Shown here piece by piece: positions 31,069 to 43,000 of a DNA stretch of 62,000 nt; position 1 is the first letter of the stretch, and every line of letters begins with the position of its first letter. Made by a program: the position numbers and the translations under genes. The notes under the pieces were generated by a model, which did not search any database, had not been told where the DNA came from, and worked only from the letters and a program-made list of their open reading frames with translations. This stretch comes from Vicugna vicugna (Eukaryota), in assembly GCA_013265495.1 (NCBI GenBank), contig MU058226.1, forward strand, positions 84,741 to 146,740, read 5' to 3'.

Positions 31069-34000
31069 GTGAGCAGATGATCACAGGAAGGTGCACGGAA
31101 AAGAAGGAAGGTGGAGATCATGGTTAGGGTTGGGTGGGCAGCGCTAGTCCATAAAAGACCCTGGTATGAATTAGCAAAAGGCACCCCTTCCTCTCCCTTG
31201 GGGGTGGTGAGTGCAGCCCATGGCAGGGCTCTGAGAGAGGAGCCACCTATTTAGACATCAGCCCTCTCCTCCCAAGCATATGCTAGGGCACTGGGAGGCC
31301 ACATATATTGACAAGTTGCAGCTGGAAACTAAGATGGCCTTAGGAAATGAGGCTGGCCCTGCTGGAGGGGCCAACTCACAGAAGCAGCCTGTCCCCCGGA
31401 GAGACTGAGGCCCATCTTTCCTTCTTACTCCAGGCCAGACAGACGTTCGGACCCTCTGCAGTCTCCATGGCGTGTTTGACCTGAGCCGCTGTGCCTGCTC
31501 CTGCGAGCCTGGCTGGGGTGGGCCTACCTGCTCAGATCCCATGGATTCCGGGGTGTCCCCTTCCTCCCCACCCTCAGCCTCCGGGTCCTGCCCAGATGAC
31601 TGCAATGATCAGGGTCGCTGCGTCCGCGGTCGCTGCGTGTGCTTCCCTGGCTACACCGGCCCCAGCTGTAGCTGGCCCTCCTGTCCCGGGGACTGCCAAG
31701 GCCGCGGGCGCTGCGTGCAGGGCGTGTGCGTGTGCCGGGCGGGCTTCTCCGGCGACGACTGCAGTCTGCGCTCTTGCCCTCGGGGCTGCAGCCAGAGGGG
31801 GCGCTGCGAGGACGGGCGCTGCGTCTGTGACCCCGGCTACACTGGCGAGGACTGTGGAATGAGGAGTTGCCCCCGAGACTGCAGCCAGAGGGGGCGCTGC
31901 GAGAATGGGCGCTGCGTGTGCAACTCCGGCTACACTGGCGAGGACTGTGCGATGAGGAGCTGCCCCCGAGGTTGCAGCCAGAAGGGGCGCTGCGAGGACG
32001 GGCGCTGCGTCTGTGACCCTGGCTACACCGGCGACGACTGCGGCTCGCGGAGCTGCCCGTGGGACTGTGGCGAGGGCGGGCGCTGTGTAGACGGCCGCTG
32101 CGTGTGCTGGCCCGGGTATGCGGGCGAGGACTGCAGCACACGGACCTGCCCCCGCGACTGTCGGGGCCGAGGGCGCTGCGAGGATGGCGAATGCATCTGC
32201 AACGCAGGCTACAGCGGGGACGATTGCGGCGTGCGCAGCTGCCCGGGCGACTGCAGTCAAAGGGGCCGCTGCGAGGACGGCCGCTGCGTGTGCTGGCCCG
32301 GGTACTCCGGGCCTGACTGCGGCGCGCGCGCCTGCCCGCGCGACTGTCGGGGCCGCGGGCGCTGCGAGAACGGCGTGTGCGTGTGTAACGCGGGCTACAG
32401 CGGCGAGGACTGCGGCGTGCGCAGCTGTCCCGGGGATTGTCGCGGCCGAGGCCGTTGCGAGAATGGTCGCTGCGTATGTTGGCCCGGGTATACAGGCCGG
32501 GACTGTGGCACGCGCGCCTGCCCGGGCGACTGTCGCGGGCGCGGGCGCTGCGCGGACGGCCGCTGCGTGTGCAACCCGGGTTTCACAGGCGAGGACTGCG
32601 GAAGCCGTCGGTGCCCCGGGGACTGCCGCGGTCGCGGCCGCTGCGACGACGGCGTGTGCTTGTGCGACGCAGGCTACGAGGGCGAAGACTGCGGCTCGCG
32701 CAGCTGCCCCGGCGGTTGCAGAGGTCGCGGCCAGTGTCTGGAGGGGCGCTGCGTGTGCGACGACGGCTACGAGGGCGAAGACTGCGGGGTGAGACGGTGC
32801 CCGCGCGACTGCAGCCAGCGCGGCGTGTGCCAGGACGGTGTGTGCACCTGTTGGGAGGGCTACGCAGGTGAGGACTGCAGCCTCCGTACCTGCCCCTCCA
32901 ACTGTCACCGGCGCGGCCGCTGTGAGAACGGGCGCTGCGTGTGCGACTCAGGCTACACAGGCCCCTCCTGCTCCACCCGCACCTGCCCTGCCGACTGTCG
33001 GGGCCGTGGGCGGTGTGTGCAGGGAGTATGCGTTTGCCACTTGGGCTACAGCGGCGAGGACTGTGGGCAAGAAGAGCCTCCCGCCAGCGCCTGCCCCGGG
33101 GGCTGCGGGCCCCGGGAACTGTGTCGCGAAGGCCAGTGTGTATGCGTCGAGGGCTTCCGAGGTCCTGACTGCGCCATCCAGACGTGTCCCGGGGACTGCC
33201 GCGGCAGGGGAGACTGTCAAGAGGGCCGCTGCATCTGCCAAGATGGCTATGCAGGAGAGGACTGCGGGGAAGGTGAGTAGGCAGCCTTCCTCGATATGCT
33301 TGGTCAGGGAATGAAAAACTGGTGCCAGTGTAAAAGCCTGAGTCTGATGCCTAGAAGCCCAGGAACCTGGAGGAAGAGTGAAGGAAGGTCATATATTGGA
33401 GTGGGGAGGTGGGGGAGTCAGAGGAGCCAGAAAGCCTTGTCCTCTAGGGGCAGCAGAACCATAGGGGCATGACCGCAGGCAGGACCTGCTTTCAGATCTC
33501 TGCTGAGCAGACTGGGGGTCCCCTTCGTTGCTTTTAGGAAGAGTCTGGAGATGGGAGGCAGTGAAGGAGACTCAGGGCCCGTTTAGGCCTCTGCCAGCTT
33601 TGCCCCACCGCCAGTGACAGTGGGAACTTGGAGGGATCTCTTAGAGAGGCCTGAGTAGGAGGAGCCTGTGGTGGTGGGGGTAGGGGTGGAGGGCTTCCTT
33701 GGGCTGAGCAGCTTCTCATACCCTATTCTCCTGGGCAGAGGTGCCAGCCATTGAGGGCATGAGGATGCACCTCCTGGAGGAGACGACGGTTCGGACAGAG
33801 TGGACCCGGGCTCCCGGCAATGTGGATGCCTATGAAATTCAGTTCATCCCCACGGTGAGAACCAAGCTCCAGGAGGGACTGGGTGGCAGGGCTGGGGGAG
33901 GGGGTGCTCACCTCAAGCAGGACTTCCAGGTAATCAGTGGTTGAGTCCTGAAGCTGTTCTAAAGGCCTTCTCATCCTGTCCCACACTGAGGGCAGAAGGC

Positions 34001-37000
34001 CTTAGCAGCATTGGTCCTTTATGGATGGAACACCCTGGTGACCATGAGCTCAGTGCTTCCCAAGATTGTCCCATCCAGCTTATCACTATAGTCAGTTCTT
34101 TTTGTTGTTGCTGAATCCAGATCTGCCTCAGTCTAACATCCATCCATTGGCCCTAGCTAGACCTTCACCAGCAGTTGGAATGTGTTTTTTGCCTTCCCTT
34201 CATCTTAGACCACAGGCTTTCAGGTACTGGGGACATCAGCCATTATGTCACCCTTCATTCTGGTTTCTCCATCCCTTTTCCTAAAGGCTTGGTTCTCTGA
34301 ATCCTTCACTCCTTGGTTTTCCTCCTCTAATGCCACCTGCTTTGTGCACGTGCCCTCCAAAAGTGTGGGGTCAGAGAGGAGCCCTGTCATTCACCCAACT
34401 AACTCTGGATACACTGACATTGTTCTCAGAACTGATGCAACTGAACTTGTGGTCACACAAACTGTCAGTTGTTTTGATCATCTTTGCTTTTTTTAAGTAA
34501 CTTTTTATTATAGAAGTCATATAGCTTAGCATAGAAAATATAAACAAAAAAATAAGAAAGGAGAAAAGAAGACACTCAACTACATACACTTTTTGTAGCC
34601 TAAATATAGGCCTTTGCATTTAGCATTGCTCAGTGTTATCTTTTTTGGTTTGGGCCAAGCTGTCTAGGCTGTTGCAATAATTTAAGTCTGTGAGCTGGTT
34701 CCCCACCTCCATGTCATCAGCGCATTGAAAAACCTCCCTTCTGTCTCCTAGATCACTCTTAAAATATTTGGGGGGCACTCTAAGGACAAAGCCTTGTGGC
34801 CTCTCATTAGCGATCTCCCTTTATGCAGATTGGGCTTTTATGATGTGTCTGGTCTCCTAGTTCCAAATAATCTGACATTTTTACAGTCCAATTTTTGTTT
34901 TTCTGCATCATCCCACAAATGCCATGGGTGGGTAGGCCATGTCACTGTCATCTCTACACAGTCAGGACTCTGGAAAAATAATTAACTCCCAGGGCCTAGA
35001 CCTAGGAAGCCTCTAGGACAGAAGGGACAACTCAGACGTGCTGGCTGTCATCCCCACCCCGACTGGCCACATCAATCTAAGTCTTATTATACCCTCAGCC
35101 CAGACCCCTACCATGTTCTGTCTCTCCTTACCCCCTGGTGGAAGCAGAGGCAGAAATACCCACTTTGCTGCACAATCAAGATGTTTAAATTTTTTTCTTC
35201 TGTTTAAAAACAAATTTTTTTTCAGTTATAAACATAATTTAATCACAAGATAAGAATTTGGCAACTAGATAAAAAAACAAATAATCCTTGGCTGCTTCAC
35301 ACTAAAACAAGCCCTGTTAACATTTTTAAGTGTTTCTCCCACTTTCTTCTTCTGTGTGTATATTATTTACATAGTTCTAATCTCAAGAGGGTAGGACTTT
35401 TAAAGGGAACTTTCCTAAGAAACTTCAGGGAAAGAAAAATTAAAATAAACACTTGAGATGGAAGGAGCTTGCAGAGCAGCATCGTCTCCTGCTCTCAGTA
35501 AATGTGAACTCAACTTTGGTGTGTTCAAAAGGTGCGGCTTCTCGGCCGAAGCCCTTGGCTTCCTCCCTCTCGATGGGGCCGGGTTGATGTTGAGCTGGCC
35601 TGTGCCCAGCTTGGTCATGCTCTTAGCTCATTTGCTCTGCTCTGAGTATGGGCCTCTGTCACATTCTGGGTTCTCTCTGAGCTTGGGTGTGGAAAATGCT
35701 CCTGGAAAATTGGTCTCCGGACACCTCTCTTGGACTCCACATCAGCCTGTGCTACTGGCCCTCTAACGATGCTTTCTGTGACTGGGCCCTGGCCAGAACT
35801 CTCTATCCATTGCAGTTGGCACACAGTATATTCAGTAGCTGGCTGTGCTCTGGCCACTACCATCTTCCTAGAAGTCTCTCTCTACCTTATCCCCTCCCCT
35901 TTTCCAGAAACACTTCATTCTCAAAGCCCAAAGTCTACTATTCCTGGCCAAGGGACACACCTAGTTATTGGAATGATTCTCAGAACACAAAAGAGGAACA
36001 TTCCTCCTTTCCCTGCATACGTGGCATTGTTACTCTGACTCAGTGGTTCTTAAAGTGTGTTCCTGGACCTGCAGCATTAGCATCACCTGGGGCATCAGAC
36101 ATGGAAATTGTCAGACTACACTCCCTGATCTACTGAGTCAACCGCTCTAGGGGGTGGAGCCCAGTAACCTGTGTTATAACAAGCCATCCAGGTGATTCTG
36201 ATGCACCCCAAACCCAAGGACCACCAATTTAAGGAATGTTGTTAATTTGCAAAATGCAGGCTCCTCTATGAATATGAGAGAAAGCATGAGGAAATGGGGG
36301 GAGGTGAACCCCTGAACAGAATGAGGCTCACATATTCCCTGTCTGGGTATATTCTGCAGCCTGGAAATTGGGGCTATGCCGTGTTTTCATTGGGACAAAC
36401 TTGTAGCCTCAGAAAAGTTTGTGTTTGGGTCTGGTCTGAAAAGGCGGATGAGGGTGAGGTATATACCCCTGGGACCAGCCAAGGTGGAGTCCTCCACCTG
36501 GGGCCATGAGATTGATGTCAAGAATAGAGTTAGAAACTTGCCAAGCACAATCAGAGAAGCAGCCAAGCTTTCACCAAGTGGCAGAGCCAGCTGCCAGCAT
36601 CTGGTGAGACAATTGGCCTTGGGCCAGACAGATGGTACTGAGAGATGTGAATTAGACCCACAGTGGGACTTTCAGGGGACTGTTCCCAAATGGATCTCAG
36701 GAGGGACTATGAAGTGTCTAAAAGGTTCACATAGATGGTCGAAAGGAGAAGGAAAACGGGACCAGCTTATCTTGCTGAAAGGACCAGACATCAACAGGAG
36801 ACACTCAAGGGATGTGTGTGCGTGTGTGTGTGTGTTTGTGGTGGGTTGGGGGAGTAAGGGGAAAGAGAGAAAGTTCTGGGAAGGATGGGGACCCCACAAG
36901 GCTTGAGTTGAGGCCAATCCAAGGCCTCCTAGGCCGGAGTATCCAAGGGCAGAGTGAGTGGGAGAGGGATGGGGGATCCTGTGTGCCCTGGAAAACTTTT

Positions 37001-40000
37001 CAGCCAAGAAAACTCTGACAGAGCTTTATTTCATCCTCAACCCAGAAATCTCTACGTGGCCTCTCATCTGGTTTTATACTTTGGTATTTACTATGTTGAT
37101 TTCTCCACAATTCTCTTAGTTTAGGAGAGTACCTTTTGAAATTTCCAATCCTACTTGGCCGAACAGAGGTGTCTCCATAACAGCCAACATAGCTAACCAG
37201 AACAGAGTGTCCTTATTAGCTGTCCTAGCTCGACAGCCCTGGGAAGTGCTGGACTCTTAGACGGCTCACAGATGTCCATTCCTCCTATTGCCCCAGTGGC
37301 TGGCACTCCGGGAGTCCCTGCCTGGAGCAGGGACTGGCAGATTGCCTGTGGGGTCACCACAAATGATCATAATACCTTAAGTGTATACTCGAAGGAGGGT
37401 TGCTCTCTCACAGACATGTGCTGCACATGGGGATCTGGGTAGGGATCTAATAAAACATAAGACATGGTCATACATTTAGCTACTAGAGTATAAGCTAGCT
37501 GAGGACAGGGACCATATCTTCTATTTTTGTGTCTCCAGTGTCCAGAATGATGCCAGGTACAAAACTGGAAAATGTATTTGTGGAACTTTGAGGAGGTGAG
37601 CCTTGTTTGTGAGGAGCCTATGACCCTGCTGAGGAGACAAGAAAATTACCTAAAAGGAAATGACTTGACATGGGTCACACCTAAATTACACAGCCAGGGG
37701 CAGGTGTCTGTGGGGTGGCTCAGCCTGGGGAAGGTGTTTTAAGGAGAAAGTAAGACTTGAAGTGATCCCTCACCTACTTCATCTGCTGTGACAGGAGCGG
37801 GCTTAGGAGAAGCCTCCTCGTGCCCAGGTGGTCAGGGTTGCCGGGGGAAAGCCGGAAGGAGAGTCCTGGCGTGTGTCGTGTAGGATTCTGGCAGACAGAT
37901 GATGAACAGGCTAAGAAGGTAGTGCCCATGACAGGGGACTCTGAGGTCGCACTGCCTGGGTTGAAATCTCTGATACTTTCTTGGTGTTGGTGACCTTGGA
38001 CAAGGCACTTAATCCTTTTGTACCTCAGTTTCCTCATCTGCCCAGTGGGAATTCTTAAGATGATTAACTGAGTTTGTATTTGTGTATTGCGTTGAACAGT
38101 ACCTGGCATGGAGTAAGTGTTCGAGATGTGTTTGCTGATACCACCCATACAGGGTCAAGTTCTGCACAGTCCTGTGTCGACCCTGCCTGGATTTGGAAGA
38201 AGAAGGGATGAGGGGGATTGAGCGGCAAGAGTGCCAGCCCTGATCCACCTGGTGTTCTCTCTCTTGCAGACAGAGGGAGAGAGCCCCCCGTTCACAGCAC
38301 GGGTGCCCAGCTCTGCCTCAGCCTATGACCAGAGAGGACTGGCCCCCGGTCAGGAGTACCAAGTCACTGTCCGTGCTCTTCGAGGGACTAACTGGGGCCC
38401 TCCTGCCTCCAAGACCATCACCACCAGTGAGAGCTGTGGCTTTGGGATGGGGTCCTGGGTGGAGATCTGTATTTGAGAGGAATGGCTGGGAATATGCCCC
38501 TCAAGAGGGCAAAGGCAGGGACTGGTGAGGGGCCAGGCTCTGAGAAGGAAAGCTGGTGAAGAACCAGACTCCCACCTGACCCCTCCTCTCTCTAATCTGG
38601 CTAGTGATTGATGGCCCCCAGGACCTCCGTGTGGTGGCAGTGACACCAACCACGCTGGAGCTCAACTGGATGCGCCCCCAGGCTGAGGTGGACCGGTTCG
38701 TGGTGTCCTACGTCAGTGCTGGCAACCAGAGAGTGCGACTGGAGGTGCCCCCTGAGGCAGACGGGACGCTGCTGACTGGCCTGATGCCAGGAGTAGAATA
38801 CGTGGTGACCGTCACGGCTGAGCGGGGCCGGGCAGTAAGCTACCCGGCTTCCGTCAGGGCCAATACAGGTATGGCTGGCCAAGGATTAGGGAAGTTTTGG
38901 AGCATAAGAGCCCCTTCCTTGCGAGTCTAGGGCTCACAGGCTCCTCTGAATGCACTTGACAGGGTGTGTGGCAGTCCCAAAGCACCTGCCCGGGGTGGGG
39001 GTGGGGGCCTTGCTCTGTACCAAGGGCACTTGGGAGACAGAGTCCTCAGGTGCCAGGAGTCCTGTAGGAAGGCCTTGGGTAAGAGTTTGAGAGGAGCCGC
39101 CTCATGGAGAGAAGCAGGAAATAAGAAAATGCTGACCCACGCAGGTGGGGGAGATTCCCATCCAAACCTGGGCACAGGGACAGCCCTTGCGCTCAGTCAG
39201 TGGTCAGATCTTGCAGACTGAATTCGGCAGATTAGAGATCAGCACTTACGTCGACTGGAGGACTGGGGTTTGGGGGATTAGGGCTCACAGCAGAAATCTT
39301 CCACTAACCCTCAAGGTCTCTTAACAGATGCCTGGATTTTTCTTTTCTTTTCCTGTGACAGAGGGACGCCCACCTCACTGTAGCTCACATTCTGTCCTCC
39401 CACGCCCCTTTCTCTCCTTCAGACACAGGGCCTCACCCGCTGGCTTCTCCTTTCCAGGGCACCAACATTGGCGGGCTTGGAGGGCGAGGGGTGAGGGGTT
39501 TCTGGGACACTAACTCCTTTCGGTTCTCTTTCCAGGTGGGGCTGGGGCACAGTGAAGAGGCCTCTGGCTCAGTTGGGAGGGATGGAGGGACGGACTGCCT
39601 GCCGTGGGGAGGAGTGCAGGGATTGGTGGGGGGCTGCCACTGACCTGCTCTCCCCTCCCCCTTTTTCCGCCCTGGCAGCACCAGGCCACCACAGTTACCC
39701 GGAGGCGCACCCCCCAGCCCCGCCCCCCAAAGGCCCGCGGAGGAGGGGCAGGACTCTCGGCCCGGGCAGAGCCTACCCCAGCCCCCTCGGCGGGCGTGGG
39801 GCAACCTGACGGCCGAGCTGGGCCGCTTCCGCGGCACCGTGCAGGACCTGGAGCACCACCTGCGGGCTCACGGCTACCCGCTGCGGGCCAACCAGACCTA
39901 CACGTCGGTGGCGCGCCACATCCACGAATACTTGCAGCGGCGTCGCCTGGCGGCTGCTGCCCCCACCGGGTCCCCCGCACCCCCGCCCCGTCGCCCTCGC

Positions 40001-43000
40001 CCCACCGCCAGCCCCGATTCGGGCACCTGGAAGCGGGACTCCAGCCAGGGCATCTACGGCCTCTCGCCCGAAGGCGTCGACCGGGTGGCTGCGCCCCGCC
40101 ACCCCAAGCCCGAGGTGCTGGGCAGTTCTGCCGACGGCGCGCTACTCGTGTCCCTGGACGGGCTCCGCGGCCACTTCGAGCGCGTGGTGCTGCGCTGGCG
40201 GCCCCAGCCGCCCGCGGAGGCTCCCAGCGGGGAGCTGACCGTGCCTGGCACCTCGCGCACCGTCAGCCTACCTGATCTCAGGCCCGGCACCACCTACCAC
40301 GTGGAGGTTCACGGGGTGCGGGCAGGGCAGACCTCCAAGTCCTACGCCTTCATCACCACTACAGGTAGCGTGGGCTGGGGCCGCGGGACCACCCATCCCC
40401 TGCCCAGTCTCACCTGCCATTGGAGTCTGCATCCATGAGTCCCTCACACGGCCTCACTTCTCAGACTGCCACCCCTCTACCGCCTCCTTCTGCCTTCAAG
40501 ATCCAGGGGACCCTCCCCCACAACAAGGCACACTTCCCTGTGTCCCTAGAAGCCATCTCCACCCCCAAGGTCCTGGTGGATACCCAAAGCCGAGGAGATC
40601 TGAGAGATCCCTGATTTTTCACTTGGGTTCATAGGGCACTTCTGCCAGGATTGCTGTTCTAGGCATTTGGTGAGAGGGGCAGTGTCACTGGAGCTGTTTG
40701 GGTGGGGTAGGGAGTGAAACCAGTGGTTCGCCACTCTGACTCATTGTGGTGAGGGTGGCTGAAGACTGTGGTCAGTGGTTACTGTTTTCCACAATCTTCC
40801 CCTAACCTCAGAGGGACACATCGGAACTGCCTGGGGGTGGCCTTGAAGCCATCAGGCAGCATGTGTCTGTGAGAGGTGAAACCACTGCTTCTTGAGCTGC
40901 CTTTGCAGACCTCCTGGCTCACTCCACGCTTGTCTCTCCCACAGGAACGATGTCCGGGCTCGGGGAAGGGGCGCTCTGTGGCTGCCATGGGGAGGGTTGT
41001 GGACCTCTTCTTCCCCCATAGGGCCGAGATGCCACCTGAGCTGGATGTCCACCCCCCAACACACCTTCTTCCCTTTCTTCCCACTACCCACTCTCTCTTG
41101 CATCCTCCTTCCCTAACACCACCGTCTCCTCCTTTCTTCCAGGCTTCTCACTGCAGCACTAATGGAAGCCACGGCCACCACCCAGTGGGGAGGGGGATGC
41201 CTGTGGGGAGGGACACGGTGGTCTGTGGGGCTGGAGATCATAGGAGCCATGTGGGGGAGGGATGGCAGACTTTATTCCTTTTATTACTGGCAGACCTGTC
41301 TGTGCAGGGCTGCGGTGGACCTTTGGGAGGATGAGGTGACCCAGGGGGTGACCTAGGAGAAGAGGGAGGGTCTGTAGGCTCTTAGGGGCTAGAGGACAGA
41401 ACCTGGGGCCTGGGGCTTCTTTTCCGGCTCTCATATTCGACTCTCCTGTTTTTCTTGCCCTGCCTCTTCCCAGGTTCCTCCCCCTTAGGCCTCTTGGGGA
41501 CCACGGATGAGCCGCCTCCCTCAGGCCCGTCAACAACTCAAGGGGCCCAGGCCCCTGTCCTGCAGCAGCGCCCCCAGGAGCTGGGAGAGTTGAGGGTGCT
41601 GGGCAGAGACAAGACAGGGCGCCTCCGCGTGGCCTGGACCGCTCAGCCTGACACCTTTGCCCACTTCCAGCTGCGCCTACGGGTGCCCGAAGGGCCAGGG
41701 GCACATGAGGAACTACTGCCAGGGGATGTCCATCAGGCTCTGGTGCCCTCACCCCCTCCTGGATCCCCCTATGAGCTGTCACTTCGTGGGGTCCCCCCGG
41801 AGGGCGAGCCCTCTGCCCCTCTCATCTACCAAGGCATTATGGGTACATCCTGGATTCTGCCCAGACTAGTGTCCTGAGGTTGGGGGAGGGGCCAGGCCAC
41901 TGGGACATAAGAAATGGGGTGGAGATTGACGGGTAGAGCTGGTGGCCGGGTCAGGGGGATAGGAGAAACAAGGAGCTAAAAGGAGCTGAGGGTTCAGAGG
42001 CAAGAGGGAGGGAGGGGGTCTTAGAACAGAGATAAGGTGGGCTGGGGAACTCCAGGAAAAGCAGATGAGAGGAGAAAAGTCAGAGGATGGGACTAGGATT
42101 CAAGGAGGGAGGCTTTGGCCCCTGGCTCTTCACTTGTCTTTGCCCTGTGTCCTGCCCCCATTTCCTGGTCACTCCCCTGCCCCACCCTTCCCCTTGACCT
42201 CTCAGGATGGGTGTGTGAATGCCTCTGGCACTGAGGATACTGACACTCAGTTTCCTCCTCCCTTTCCCATCCCCAGAGCCCTTACCATCCCCTTACTGAA
42301 CAGGCTAGGACGGTGGTGTTGCCCTCCACCCACACCCAGGGAACCCGGCCCACAGTGGACAGTGCCCTGTGGTCCCATCAGCCAGTTCGTGCTTGGGGTG
42401 GAGGTTCCTTGGGGTAGGGCACTCCACAGCCATCAGGACTTCAGAGATGAGTGAGGTTTTTGGAACCAGTGTAGGAGCCTGGAGTTCCTGGCTCTCACAT
42501 TTCATCTGGGTCCCTGTTTATAGGACTAGGGTAGCCAGTTCTCCTTGCAACTCCAGATCCAGTTCACCACTGGGGAGAGGGTGGCAAGGGAGAGAGAAGT
42601 TCAGATGGCCTGAGGCATCTTCAGACTGTTTTGAAACAGGAATGGGGATGTCCTAAACTCTCAGGAAGAACCATGGGGACTTGAAACCCCCTCAAAGATC
42701 TTGGTGTGAGGAGGGACTGGGACCTTTGTAAGGGGTGGAGAAGCTATCACAAGGGAAGGTCCAAAGCTCTTACTCCAGAACAGAGATTGAAGGAAATGCC
42801 ACTCTTCCACAAAAGGCTAGTCACAGAGGACCGAGGGTAGAGAAGTAGAGGCTTCAAGGGAGGGAGCTGTCCAGGATGGAATGAGCCAGTGGGCAGACGA
42901 GAAGGAAGGAGACTGGGCACACAGCAATGGTGGAGCCCATCTGCTTTGCTTTTGCCCCCCAAACCCCAGACAGGGATGGGGAGAAGCCTGGGAAGCCCTT

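Noticed and set aside
31580..33270. 93-bp periodic array considered as a CRISPR or satellite
   Set aside because: Fully explained as coding EGF repeats. There is no repeat-spacer structure and the context is eukaryotic.
31524..33314. Long alternative-frame and antisense ORFs (444, 224, 205 aa and others) over TNXB exon 3
   Set aside because: Ala/Arg-rich shadows of a GC-rich 93-nt-period EGF array, with no independent gene signals.
39723..39735. Programmed -1 ribosomal frameshift at CCCAAAG to rescue the hidden TNXB exon
   Set aside because: The X_XXY_YYZ heptamer C_CCA_AAG (39726-39732) is out of phase with the incoming frame (CCC AAA GGC), so canonical tandem slippage does not fit. A deletion or assembly error is simpler.
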